The notes below the pieces were generated by a model. It made no database searches and was not told the origin of the DNA. It saw only the letters and a list, made by a program, of their open reading frames with translations. Positions 9,183-18,361 of a stretch of 64,000 nt of DNA are shown one piece after another; position 1 is the stretch's first letter; each line of letters opens with the position of its first letter. The translations under genes were made by a program, and so were the position numbers. Where the stretch lies: positions 1 to 64,000 of the IMG/VR virus record IMGVR_UViG_3300027834_000005; one strand, 5' to 3'.

Positions 9183-9641
9183 ATGGCAGCTAATGATCCT
9201 CACGAACTTAAGAACCTTACACAACGTAAGAAACGTCTGGACGTTCAATTGTCCGAATGTACCGATAGAGTCAATGCACGCCAAGAAGAATTCAACATCG
9301 AAAAGAAATCTCAAGGAAAGCTTGTAAAAGAGTTGAATGTAGTAGATAATAGCATTCGTTCTCTTGAGGAACGTAACAAAAGAAACCAAACGCCAATAGT
9401 AACTGAGCACGCATTGTTACGATACGTTGAAAACGTATTAGGCATTGATCTTCAAGAAATCCAAGCTAACATCCTTAGTGATGCTAACCTTGGTATGTAC
9501 CGACAACTCGGTGATGGCAGATACCCTGTAGGGGATTGCAAATCTGGGTTTAAAGCGGTATTTAAGAACGGTAGTGTCGTTACAGTCGTAGACGCAAACA
9601 ACACTGCAAAAAAAGCAAAAAAAGCAAAGAAAAAAGCTTGA
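9183..9641 (+). CDS. Coiled-coil protein with VTEHALLRY domain and Lys/Ala tail
   Basis: AGGAG RBS; ends AKKAKKAKKKA. Confidence 0.75.
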   Translation: MAANDPHELKNLTQRKKRLDVQLSECTDRVNARQEEFNIEKKSQGKLVKELNVVDNSIRSLEERNKRNQTPIVTEHALLRYVENVLGIDLQEIQANILSDANLGMYRQLGDGRYPVGDCKSGFKAVFKNGSVVTVVDANNTAKKAKKAKKKA

Positions 9642-9845
9642 TCGCAACATGAATATCAGGCATAATGTACGACATAGAGTTAAGGGAAACATTAAGAGCT
9701 TCCAAATAACTTTTTAAGAAAAACGTTTGACACTAACATGAAGATCTGACATAATAGTCATCATCAAGTTAAGAGTTAAACACAAAAACTTCTTAAAAAA
9801 CTTATTAAAAAAGATCTTGATAACAAGTTGAACTTAACTTATAAT
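9638..9845 (+). promoter_or_regulatory. Three tandem sigma70-type promoters spaced 89-90 bp
   Basis: TTGATC-N17-CATAAT (9638), TTGACA-N17-CATAAT (9727), TTGATA-N17-TATAAT (9817). Confidence 0.7.
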
Positions 9846-9899
9846 AGCAACACAAATTAACAACTTATATTATTTTATTTTATACAACGGAGAAACACC

Positions 9900-11183
9900 A
9901 TGGGTAAGAAAGAAGCGAACGTAGCCGAGTACACTGAAGTATCACCAGCCAAAGCATCTGCCTACTTAGAGCATTGCATGAATGTAGGACGTCCTGTATT
10001 CCTTTGGGGTTCTCCAGGTATTGGTAAGTCTGACTTGGTAGAAGGCATTGCCGAACGCCAAGGCCGTAAAGTGATCGACATGCGTCTGATCTTAATGGGT
10101 CCAGAAGATCTTAAGGGTATCCCTTACTTCGACTCGAACGAAGGTACTATGCGCTGGGCACCATCAAGCGAATTGCCTGAAGTAGTTAACCAAGCCGACG
10201 TAGATGAGCAACAAGCGATTGTTGATATGTTTGCAGAAGCATTAGCGCTTATCACAGCAGATGAGACAATGGGTGCATTAGAACGTGTATCTCAGATCGA
10301 AATTGCGACTGGTAAATTGAAAGGTGCAGAAGCACGCCGTGACCGTTACCAAGGTTCGTTAGAATTCCAAGATGCTATCTTGTTCTTGGATGAAATGAAC
10401 TCTGCGCCACCATCAGTACAGGGTGCTGCATACCAGCTAACATTGAACCGTCGTGTTGGTGAATACAAACTGCCTGATGGCGTAAGCATCATCGCAGCCG
10501 GTAACAAAGATACGGATAAAGGTGTAACCTACCGTATGCCTACACCGCTTGCTAACCGTTTCATTCACTTATACATGGATGTTTCGTTTGAAGATTGGCA
10601 GCAATGGGCGATTAACGCTGGGGTTCACGCTGACGTGGTTGGTTTCTTAACCGCTCACCCAAGCAAGATCCACAAGTTTGATCCTAAGTCTGCGGACAAG
10701 GCGTTTGCAACACCACGCTCTTGGACTTTCGTTAGCCAGCTGTTAGAGCAAGACATGGATCACGAAATGGCACGTACTTTGATCGGCGGTACTATCGGTG
10801 AAGGTTTGGCAATCGAATTCATGCAACATCGTAAAGTTGCTGGTAAGATGCCTGCTCCAATGGACGTATTGTTGGGTAAGGTTAAAACACTGAATGTCAC
10901 TGACATCTCAGCGCGTTACTCTCTTACTATCAGCATGTGTTACTTGCTGAAAGAGATCCAAGGTCAAATCGCTGACGAAGCGAAGAAGACTGTAGATCAG
11001 AAGTTCTACTTGGAATGTTTCGATAATTACTTCGAGTTCCTTATGGAAGTGATGCAGGAAGAGATGGTAATCTTAGGTGCTACTACAGCATTGAAGACTT
11101 ACAAGTTACCGATTGATCGTAACAAGTCTCGTACCTTCAACAAGATGTTTCAAGAGTACGGAAAAATGGTGTTGAACACTTAG
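9900..11183 (+). CDS. MoxR-like AAA+ ATPase
   Basis: Walker A GSPGIGKS, Walker B ILFLDE, IIAAGN sensor, PLANRF arginine finger, TPRSW. Confidence 0.9.
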   Translation: MGKKEANVAEYTEVSPAKASAYLEHCMNVGRPVFLWGSPGIGKSDLVEGIAERQGRKVIDMRLILMGPEDLKGIPYFDSNEGTMRWAPSSELPEVVNQADVDEQQAIVDMFAEALALITADETMGALERVSQIEIATGKLKGAEARRDRYQGSLEFQDAILFLDEMNSAPPSVQGAAYQLTLNRRVGEYKLPDGVSIIAAGNKDTDKGVTYRMPTPLANRFIHLYMDVSFEDWQQWAINAGVHADVVGFLTAHPSKIHKFDPKSADKAFATPRSWTFVSQLLEQDMDHEMARTLIGGTIGEGLAIEFMQHRKVAGKMPAPMDVLLGKVKTLNVTDISARYSLTISMCYLLKEIQGQIADEAKKTVDQKFYLECFDNYFEFLMEVMQEEMVILGATTALKTYKLPIDRNKSRTFNKMFQEYGKMVLNT

Positions 11184-11220
11184 AACATCGCCGATCTTCT
11201 TAGATCTTCGTTGAACTACT

Positions 11221-11250
11221 AAAAAAAGGGAAGCTTAGCTTCCCTTTTTT
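11221..11250. terminator. Bidirectional intrinsic terminator
   Basis: AAAAAAAGGGAAGC-TTA-GCTTCCCTTTTTT between convergent genes. Confidence 0.9.
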
Positions 11251-12190
11251 ATTTGTCAATGTATTGCTTAATGATAATCCTAACATCATCTTTAGATGTG
11301 TACGGTATTCGTATTAGGTACACGCCATTAACGGAAGCGTAGTTATCCTTCAGTTTGTCGTGTAATTGTGTTTGTTCGAACTTCTCAAGTTTTTGAGATT
11401 CAGATAATTTTCCACTAAAGTCTGTAGGCTCAAAATGTTGAATGCCATCGTATTCTATCAATAAGTTATAGTCAGGAATATGAAAATCATACCTTAGATG
11501 TCCGCCTAAAGGACTTAAAAGGTCATCATAAGTTTTTTCAGGTTTATATGGCACTGATAAGTCCTCTAGGCATTCTTTGATAAGTTTTTCACCTATGGAC
11601 GAAGAGCATAGTTTACAGCCCTTCCCTTCAAGATGTGCGTTGGGAGTCTGCTCGAAATCACCATGTTCCTTGCATGTTATTAATGCTGGAGTCTTAGCAT
11701 TAACGTAGTTGGTATTACTATAAACATATGCGTGTCCATGCACTTCATTAGCTTTACGTATGAACTCTTCGATTGTTGACCTAAACTTACTACTAAGTGT
11801 ATCAGATTTACATTTAGGACAGCCTTGGCCTAGAAGATGGGCATCTGGTCTTTGTTCGAAATCACCATGTACGTGGCAAGTTATGGAAATTTTGGCCTTA
11901 GACGAGACATAAACGGCACTATCGTAAGAATAGGCATTTCCATGGATCTTTATAGCTTTTGTTATGTAACTTTGAGTTGTGAGCTTTCTGCCCTTAGCTC
12001 TTCTGTTATGGCCGCACTTTTTACAACCTTGACCATTTAAGTGATCATTAGGACGTAAAGTGAAGTCACCATGTATATTACAAGTTATTATTACCTTCTC
12101 CATTACTTTTACATACACGGTCTTAGAGTAGTAGTATTTGTTTCCGTGTATGGTTTTAGCTTTCTCTATGAATTTGTCTGTTTTATTCAT
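11249..12190 (-). CDS. Homing-endonuclease-like protein: 3 Zn-binding repeats plus PD-(D/E)xK nuclease domain
   Basis: Three C-x2-HG-x-F...H-L-x-G-x-G-C-x2-C repeats; C-terminal LRYDFHIPDYNLLIEYDGIQHF. Confidence 0.8.
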   Translation of the reverse strand: MNKTDKFIEKAKTIHGNKYYYSKTVYVKVMEKVIITCNIHGDFTLRPNDHLNGQGCKKCGHNRRAKGRKLTTQSYITKAIKIHGNAYSYDSAVYVSSKAKISITCHVHGDFEQRPDAHLLGQGCPKCKSDTLSSKFRSTIEEFIRKANEVHGHAYVYSNTNYVNAKTPALITCKEHGDFEQTPNAHLEGKGCKLCSSSIGEKLIKECLEDLSVPYKPEKTYDDLLSPLGGHLRYDFHIPDYNLLIEYDGIQHFEPTDFSGKLSESQKLEKFEQTQLHDKLKDNYASVNGVYLIRIPYTSKDDVRIIIKQYIDK

Positions 12191-12217
12191 TATTATGTCC
12201 TTTTGTAACTTACGTAG

Positions 12218-12246
12218 TTGACAACATGGTGAAAAAGTAGTATTAT
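12218..12246 (+). promoter_or_regulatory. sigma70-type promoter
   Basis: TTGACA-N17-TATTAT. Confidence 0.7.
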
Positions 12247-12262
12247 TACCACTCTTAGGAAC

Positions 12263-12270
12263 TATTTATC
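12263..12270 (-). promoter_or_regulatory. T4-like late promoter candidate for the endonuclease gene
   Basis: GATAAATA on the minus strand upstream of ATG 12190. Confidence 0.5.
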
Positions 12271-12328
12271 GTTTCAGTACGGTAAAATGGTTTTAAATAC
12301 CTAATCTCCGTTGGGTAAGCGATAGAGG

Positions 12329-12352
12329 AAAGGCACTTATGGTGCCTTTTTT
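12329..12352 (+). terminator. Intrinsic terminator
   Basis: AAAGGCAC-TTATG-GTGCCTTTTTT. Confidence 0.8.
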
Positions 12353-12379
12353 CACATCTAAAGAAAAGAAGGTAATGGT

Positions 12380-12769
12380 ATGGAAGTATTTAAACGTGTA
12401 GCAGATGATGGCGGATTTTATCATGTCAATGAAAAAGGTCAAGCTCATGGTTTATGTGTTACGACCCTTTCAGGTGGTCTCAGAAATGAGGTAAACTACG
12501 AGAATGATTTGAAGCATGGTGAATATAAATTGTTCTATGAAAATGGAAGTATATTCATGCATAGCATGTTTCGTGAAGATGTTGCTTTTGGAGAAATAAA
12601 ATCGTATGACGCTCAAGGTGTGTTAAATAAACATTGTATTATTAATAAAGATGATGTAGTATTGGACATAACTGATGAAACCCCTCTAACCGAAGAACTT
12701 AAGTTTTTACTTAGTATTCAAGGTTATATGTTCCTACCTGAAGATGGAGAACGACATGAACATGAATAG
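12380..12769 (+). CDS. EDxF-tag protein, MORN/YwqK-like repeat type
   Basis: G..G.Y..FYENG repeats; tag LTEELKFLLSIQG. Confidence 0.75.
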   Translation: MEVFKRVADDGGFYHVNEKGQAHGLCVTTLSGGLRNEVNYENDLKHGEYKLFYENGSIFMHSMFREDVAFGEIKSYDAQGVLNKHCIINKDDVVLDITDETPLTEELKFLLSIQGYMFLPEDGERHEHE

Positions 12770-13079
12770 TATTATCGTAGGTGATGAAGCCTTATTAAAG
12801 ACACAGTTGATTAGTCATACGCCTAATAGCGAAGGTTTCTTAGAAGCTAACATAGTTTCTAGAGACGGTAAGACGTTAGATGGCGAGGATAACGTATTGA
12901 AGTTCTTCGAAGAAGACATTTTTTATCGTACAGGCGACTTAGTCATCATGGAAAGTGTTGTTATTGCCGTTAATGGCGATGATGTAGATCTTAAGGTGTT
13001 ATCTACCTTTGGTCGTGATACCGTACGTGAATCAATGACCATAAATCAAGAATTCGTCAATGTAGACGGAAAATACTAG
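12744..13079 (+). CDS. Hypothetical protein
   Basis: ORF; start may be a few codons downstream. Confidence 0.65.
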   Translation: MENDMNMNSIIVGDEALLKTQLISHTPNSEGFLEANIVSRDGKTLDGEDNVLKFFEEDIFYRTGDLVIMESVVIAVNGDDVDLKVLSTFGRDTVRESMTINQEFVNVDGKY

Positions 13080-13086
13080 AAAGTAT

Positions 13087-13115
13087 TTGACAATGGTATT
13101 AATTAGTAGTATCAT
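13087..13115 (+). promoter_or_regulatory. sigma70-type promoter
   Basis: TTGACA-N17-TATCAT. Confidence 0.75.
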
Positions 13116-13157
13116 TGCATCACAAATTAAATAACTCACTCATAAAAGGAAAATCCT

Positions 13158-14372
13158 ATGGCTGCTAAATGTCCGACTCGACAGAAGTTAGTGAAGGCAC
13201 GTATCCAAATGTTAATGAATATGCCGTTCTTCGGTGTACTCGCAACGCATTTACAACTGAAAGAAATTGATGCCAAGTTCTGCCCTACGGCAGGTACTGA
13301 TGGTCGCTCTTTCTATTACAACAAGGACTTCATTGAAAGCCTTGATGATGAAGAGTGTAAATTCTTGTTTGCACATGAAGTTATGCATTGCTGCTATGAC
13401 CATATGGGTCGTCGTGGTCGTCGTGACGCGGACTTGTATAACCAAGCAGCTGATCACGTGATCAACTTGGAAATCACTGACCAGAACGTCGGTAAGCTTA
13501 TTAGCCGTCCAAACGACGATCCTGCTATGATCCCTTGCCATGATACTAAGTATCGCGGTATGTCATCTGATGAGGTCTATGAGATCTTATATGATGAACA
13601 AGAAAAGAACGGCGGCCAAGGCCAAGGTCATAGCTTCGATGTGCATTTCGATGCTGATAGCATGACTGATGAAGAAGCTGAAGAAGCAGGCATTGATAAA
13701 ATGACTGATGATGAGAAGAGCATGGTTCGTGATGCATTCCGTCAAGCGACTTTAGAAGCTGCTAAATCTGCCGGTGCTGAAAACGTGCCAAATGGCGTAC
13801 GTAGCATGATCGATGATCTTTTAGATCCACAAATGGATTGGCGTGAATGTTTGAATGCCAACATCCAAACGTTGGTTAAGAATGACTGGACTTACTCACG
13901 TCCTAACCGTCGTAATTCATCTCTTGGTGGCATCATCTTACCAGGTAATGACTTCGATGAAGCTGTGAGCGTTTGTTGCGCGATTGATACCTCTGGTTCG
14001 ATCTCTCATCAAATGATTCGTGAATTCTTGAGTGAAATCAAGGGTATCATGGAACAGTTCAAGCAGTTCGAAATCAAGATTTGGTGCTTCGACACGGATA
14101 CTTACACTATCTGGAATTACAACGAAGATAACGCCGATGATATGGATGAGTTCTTCCCAGAAGGCGGTGGTGGTACTGAGTTCATGGTGAACTGGGATCG
14201 CATGAAAGAAGAAGATATCGAGCCTGATCAATTCGTGATGTTCACGGATGGTTACCCTTACGGTAGCTGGGGTGAAGAAGAATATCAAGACAACATGGTT
14301 TTCTTGATCAGTGGTAACCCACGTCACGACATCGTTGCGCCGTTCGGCACTACTTTATATTACGACGACTAA
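13158..14372 (+). CDS. HEXXH metallopeptidase-like plus VWA domain protein (DUF2201-like)
   Basis: TAGTDG, FLFAHEVMH, acidic linker, MIDAS IDTSGS, GGGGT, MFTDG. Confidence 0.85.
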   Translation: MAAKCPTRQKLVKARIQMLMNMPFFGVLATHLQLKEIDAKFCPTAGTDGRSFYYNKDFIESLDDEECKFLFAHEVMHCCYDHMGRRGRRDADLYNQAADHVINLEITDQNVGKLISRPNDDPAMIPCHDTKYRGMSSDEVYEILYDEQEKNGGQGQGHSFDVHFDADSMTDEEAEEAGIDKMTDDEKSMVRDAFRQATLEAAKSAGAENVPNGVRSMIDDLLDPQMDWRECLNANIQTLVKNDWTYSRPNRRNSSLGGIILPGNDFDEAVSVCCAIDTSGSISHQMIREFLSEIKGIMEQFKQFEIKIWCFDTDTYTIWNYNEDNADDMDEFFPEGGGGTEFMVNWDRMKEEDIEPDQFVMFTDGYPYGSWGEEEYQDNMVFLISGNPRHDIVAPFGTTLYYDD

Positions 14373-14398
14373 CAGTCGAAAGTAGTAGACAACAACTC

Positions 14399-14432
14399 AA
14401 AAAAGGGATATCATTTAGATATCCCTTTTTTT
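14399..14432 (+). terminator. Intrinsic terminator
   Basis: AAAAAAGGGATATC-ATTTA-GATATCCCTTTTTTT. Confidence 0.9.
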
Positions 14433-14445
14433 ATGGTTATTAAAA

Positions 14446-15117
14446 ATGTTAAAAGAAAATGATAAAACTATTAGTTCTGAAAAAAAGCGTGTGACTGAAA
14501 GCTTACAGAGTAAAATAGACAACATCACCGATTTTGCACAAATAGGCGACATCATTTCTAAAAAAGAAAATGAGTTTATGTATCTTGCCTATTTAGTTAA
14601 CCGACGTGGTGGCATGTGTTTGGATGATATGAAGGAGAAGGCAGACAGCTACGGCGACCTTGACTTCCGGTGGGACTACTTGATTGACTCTGGCTATTCC
14701 GGTCAATGTTGGGATAGTAGTCATCCAGATAATATGGATGAGAAATACATGCAATGGGATGAGCGCTGGGAAAAATGGAAATACCGTACGGCGCGTTGTA
14801 GAGTGGAAATACATTTCTCTGATGATAACAAATATAATTATTCTAGAAGCAGCATACTTGACGCTATTAACCGTATAAGTGGTTTCAAGACTGGATGTGG
14901 TGGGTCTGCTGGTTTTGCTTATTTCCAAGCGGATATGTTTCTAGCTGATTTCAAGCTATATCGAGATTCATATGAGGATTATCTCCTAGAGCATGCGGCG
15001 ATGGAAGAGAATCTGGATTTCATCAATTTTGAAAACAGACTTAGCGGATTACGTGATAGTACCAACACTGTTAAGTATAAATTGCCGTCTTCCGTGCCTA
15101 AACATTCACAAAGATAG
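14446..15117 (+). CDS. Hypothetical protein, probable paralog of 18643-19350
   Basis: Shared order of motifs; G-x-x-TG-x-G-[GS]-S near the C-terminus. Confidence 0.7.
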   Translation: MLKENDKTISSEKKRVTESLQSKIDNITDFAQIGDIISKKENEFMYLAYLVNRRGGMCLDDMKEKADSYGDLDFRWDYLIDSGYSGQCWDSSHPDNMDEKYMQWDERWEKWKYRTARCRVEIHFSDDNKYNYSRSSILDAINRISGFKTGCGGSAGFAYFQADMFLADFKLYRDSYEDYLLEHAAMEENLDFINFENRLSGLRDSTNTVKYKLPSSVPKHSQR

Positions 15118-15146
15118 TAGACATCTATACAAATATAAGGTACTAT
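15118..15146 (+). promoter_or_regulatory. sigma70-type promoter
   Basis: TAGACA-N17-TACTAT. Confidence 0.55.
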
Positions 15147-15186
15147 AGCGGTATCTTTTATAAAACCTTTTCTTTTAAGGAAAAAC

Positions 15187-15525
15187 ATGAATATTACGAC
15201 AGCAATACAAAATGCATTAGACGACGTGTTCGGTCATTTACCCGCAAAACTTGGTGAACCTCTAATCAAAGAAGTCCATGACATGGCTGATGTTTTTTCT
15301 TTAACAGAAGAAGAGATTCTTGAGCATATCCAGCTTAAGAGAAAAGACGTGCCTGCGCTGTATAGCGATGCGCCAGCTGAAGATTACGTGGAGCCTAAAG
15401 ACAGAGTTAATCATTCTGCTGACGTCATTGCCGATATTGAGAAGTTGCGTGGTGATGACGGTGAAGAAGGCGAAACAGATGAACTTGATGATATGTTCAA
15501 AGGTCTGTTAGGTGATGATAAGTAA
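15187..15525 (+). CDS. Acidic hypothetical protein
   Basis: AAGGA RBS. Confidence 0.75.
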   Translation: MNITTAIQNALDDVFGHLPAKLGEPLIKEVHDMADVFSLTEEEILEHIQLKRKDVPALYSDAPAEDYVEPKDRVNHSADVIADIEKLRGDDGEEGETDELDDMFKGLLGDDK

Positions 15526-16031
15526 TGACTATCGTCAGCTTGTCGTTATGGGAATCCTATGGTAGATTACCGTGGGATGCCATAACTTTCTGTACTGGTA
15601 ATAAGATTTCCACGTATAGCTTATATGGCGGTGAATTATTTGAGCACTATGAAACCTTCGAAAATGAAAAGTACATCCTTCATGTAAATAAATTGGCGTC
15701 TGGTTACGAGGTGCATCTCAAGGTAATCGGTACTGACACGACAAAATTAATTGTTAATCAGAGATACGATCATAATATGAGAATCGTGGCTAGTAACAAA
15801 ATTTTGGTTGAAGATCTAGCTATCATTAATACTATCAGATGTACATCTGACAAAGAACGAGAAGAGTCTGAAAAAGAACTTTTCGAACTGGCTCTGTCTG
15901 GTGTTACTGTGCCCCCTGAATACATTATAGAGAACGCTTTGGCGGATATCTATTACATGGACTCATGGACCAGATTTAAAGGATGGTTGACGTGTAAGTT
16001 CATAAACCCTATTAATAAGGTAGAACGTTAA
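15525..16031 (+). CDS. Hypothetical protein
   Basis: TAATG overlaps at both ends. Confidence 0.7.
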   Translation: MTIVSLSLWESYGRLPWDAITFCTGNKISTYSLYGGELFEHYETFENEKYILHVNKLASGYEVHLKVIGTDTTKLIVNQRYDHNMRIVASNKILVEDLAIINTIRCTSDKEREESEKELFELALSGVTVPPEYIIENALADIYYMDSWTRFKGWLTCKFINPINKVER

Positions 16032-16327
16032 TGGACGCTAGAATGGTAGCCAACGTAAAGGCTAAGAAAATATTTGAAGAGTTGGAAACTGGGACCAAGC
16101 TCATGGTATCCTGCATACGAGATAATAGACGAGTAGACAAATATGATATTGTGGAAGTGAGTGACGCTTCATACAACGATGATCTTATATGTATTAAACA
16201 GATAGAGGGCGTGTTCGATTATAGACCGTTTGTCGAAGACGAATACAATGAATTAAAAACTATACGTCTTGTGAGTCTGAAGGGTATGTCAGATGAAGAT
16301 ATATTTCTTCTAAGGTTGTCACTGTGA
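16031..16327 (+). CDS. EDxF-tag protein, array A
   Basis: GTKLMVSCI head; tag MSDEDIFLLRLSL. Confidence 0.8.
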   Translation: MDARMVANVKAKKIFEELETGTKLMVSCIRDNRRVDKYDIVEVSDASYNDDLICIKQIEGVFDYRPFVEDEYNELKTIRLVSLKGMSDEDIFLLRLSL

Positions 16328-16617
16328 TCAAAGTGATGAATCCTGAAGATTGTAAACGTTTGATATGCGTCCGTGCTCCTTATGCCATATACAGGGTCAA
16401 TGTTATCTATGACGTGGTAGATACAGGTCCTGCTAACGATGCCGATCATGATATCGAAATACGTATGCTTTCCGAAGACGGACTGACCTATACGTTTCAT
16501 GAAAGTGACATTGATCAGAGTGATGAATTCATGCATGATCGACCTAGTTTCTTCTTTTTCAAGGACATTACTGATATGTCAGATGAAGATGTATTCCATT
16601 TGAGATTATCCATATGA
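16324..16617 (+). CDS. EDxF-tag protein, array A
   Basis: Tag MSDEDVFHLRLSI. Confidence 0.8.
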   Translation: MIKVMNPEDCKRLICVRAPYAIYRVNVIYDVVDTGPANDADHDIEIRMLSEDGLTYTFHESDIDQSDEFMHDRPSFFFFKDITDMSDEDVFHLRLSI

Positions 16618-16901
16618 GTAATCTAGATCGCGTATTGTGCGTCCAAGCTGGATCTTCAGGAAGGTTCACTTTCAAGAAGACATATGATGTGGTAGACGTG
16701 CATGTGACACGCTCACGTCACGAAGTATTATTCCGTAAATTTACAATAATGAGTGATGATGACACCGCATCCGAATTCTATGATGACGAGGACCTTGATC
16801 AGTCACAAGAAGTAATAAGGCATTTTTCTAATTTCGATTATTTCATGAATATATCCGGTATGACTGATGAAGACATATTCCAACATATGCTGAGTAATTA
16901 A
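16614..16901 (+). CDS. EDxF-tag protein, array A
   Basis: VLCV..FTFKKTYDV; tag MTDEDIFQHMLSN. Confidence 0.8.
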   Translation: MSNLDRVLCVQAGSSGRFTFKKTYDVVDVHVTRSRHEVLFRKFTIMSDDDTASEFYDDEDLDQSQEVIRHFSNFDYFMNISGMTDEDIFQHMLSN

Positions 16902-16902
16902 T

Positions 16903-17172
16903 ATGACAGGTTACACGCCTAAAATCAACGACATTTTACGATGCCGATCAACCAATAGAGATGACAACGAAATCACAGTAGGTAAGTCATATAGAGTGAC
17001 TAAAGTTGAATATGGTGAGTTCTATTTTTCTTCCAATAAAGGAAGAACGATGAAGTATAATTCATGTTGCGTTAGTATTGGTTTTGATCTCATATATATG
17101 TTCAAGACTGAATTTGAGACCATAGATCATTTATCTGAAGAAGAGCAGTTTGAGATAAAGCTGAGCGTGTGA
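16903..17172 (+). CDS. EDxF-tag protein, array A
   Basis: DILRC..ITVGKSYRV; tag LSEEEQFEIKLSV. Confidence 0.8.
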   Translation: MTGYTPKINDILRCRSTNRDDNEITVGKSYRVTKVEYGEFYFSSNKGRTMKYNSCCVSIGFDLIYMFKTEFETIDHLSEEEQFEIKLSV

Positions 17173-17173
17173 T

Positions 17174-17458
17174 ATGGAAGTAGGATATAAACTATTATGT
17201 GTGAACTCTGGGAATGGTATATCGGGTGGTGAATTCACCAAGAATAGAGTTTATGATGTTAATATTGTTGACTTAACAAGCACACCCACGTTGTATAGCT
17301 TTAGAATTATTGATGATGATGGTCATTCTGTGAAATTTGATGACATAGACGTAAATCAGAGTGTAGAGGTGATAAGAAAATACCCTAAACTCACGTTCTT
17401 TATGGACGTCACTGACATGTCAGAAGAAGACTTATTTACCTTTATATTGAGTAACTAA
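17174..17458 (+). CDS. EDxF-tag protein, array A
   Basis: GYKLLCV..FTKNRVYDV; tag MSEEDLFTFILSN. Confidence 0.8.
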   Translation: MEVGYKLLCVNSGNGISGGEFTKNRVYDVNIVDLTSTPTLYSFRIIDDDGHSVKFDDIDVNQSVEVIRKYPKLTFFMDVTDMSEEDLFTFILSN

Positions 17459-17459
17459 T

Positions 17460-17759
17460 ATGGACATAACAAATATATCGATTGGCAGTATATTATTATG
17501 TATTAGAACCACTGCGCCTAGGTGGTTCTCTATCGACAAGACGTATGAAGTATCTACGTCACGTCCTACAAGCGGTTATAGTTTTGGATGCTTAGTAATA
17601 TATGATGACCAAGATGATGATTGGGATATAAAAAACTACGTCATCGAATTGGCAGGGTCCCCATCTGAAATAGCCACGTTTGGTGACGAAAAATGTATAT
17701 TCATAGATATTACGAATATGACTGAAGAAGAAATATTCCTTTTTCGTCTATCTTATTGA
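17460..17759 (+). CDS. EDxF-tag protein, array A
   Basis: GSILLCI..FSIDKTYEV; tag MTEEEIFLFRLSY. Confidence 0.8.
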   Translation: MDITNISIGSILLCIRTTAPRWFSIDKTYEVSTSRPTSGYSFGCLVIYDDQDDDWDIKNYVIELAGSPSEIATFGDEKCIFIDITNMTEEEIFLFRLSY

Positions 17760-17784
17760 CACTAAATTGAAAGGGTTGTATTAT
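17756..17784 (+). promoter_or_regulatory. sigma70-type promoter candidate
   Basis: TTGACA-N17-TATTAT; the -10 box overlaps ATG 17783, so it could only serve genes further downstream. Confidence 0.5.
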
Positions 17785-18088
17785 GTTAGAACATATCAAA
17801 GAAGGCGATAAAGTACTGTGCGTACAAGCTGATATTCTTAAGCACATAGACGCTAGATTTGAGGTTGGTAAATTGTATAACGTATGTTGTGTGCGATTTG
17901 CTCCCAGTGGGAAAATCATGGTTAGTTTACAAAGTCCTTGTGGTAATGTGTTGACTTATAAAGAGAAAGATTTCACGTATGAATTACACCACGAAGACCC
18001 TCAATGCTATTATAAGTTTGCCATGCCTGAAAACTTTAATCAGGAAGAATTATTTGAGTTTATGTTGAGAGGAGGAAACGATGAATAA
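17783..18088 (+). CDS. EDxF-tag protein, array A
   Basis: EGDKVLCV..FEVGKLYNV; tag FNQEELFEFMLRGG. Confidence 0.8.
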   Translation: MLEHIKEGDKVLCVQADILKHIDARFEVGKLYNVCCVRFAPSGKIMVSLQSPCGNVLTYKEKDFTYELHHEDPQCYYKFAMPENFNQEELFEFMLRGGNDE

Positions 18089-18359
18089 GGAATTATCCGT
18101 TGGAGACTTTATTATTTGTGACTGGGTAAGAGGTGGTACAACCATATATACCCTCAAGAAGCAGTATCAAATATTGTCTGTTTCAGATGGAGGATTCGAA
18201 CATACCTACATCGTTAGGAATAATGAAGAAACTCTCTTCGAAGTGTACAGCCAAGAAGTGGACGGCGGAAACAATGTGGCTGCGTATACAATGGCTACCT
18301 TCAGATCTGTTAAGAACATGACCAAAGAAGAATTATTTGAATTTATGTTGAGTCACTAG
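18081..18359 (+). CDS. EDxF-tag protein, array A
   Basis: VGDFIIC; tag MTKEELFEFMLSH. Confidence 0.8.
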   Translation: MNKELSVGDFIICDWVRGGTTIYTLKKQYQILSVSDGGFEHTYIVRNNEETLFEVYSQEVDGGNNVAAYTMATFRSVKNMTKEELFEFMLSH

Positions 18360-18361
18360 CC

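Larger units (their letters stand above)
12253..12352 (+). ncRNA. Candidate ~100-nt small RNA or leader
   Basis: ORF-free stretch between the promoter at 12218 and the terminator at 12329; TTATCGTTT can pair with AAGCGATAG and ACGG with CCGT. Confidence 0.3.

Noticed and set aside
10185-10370. Intein in the MoxR ATPase
   Set aside because: Too short, and lacks the N-terminal Cys/Ser and C-terminal His-Asn splicing motifs.
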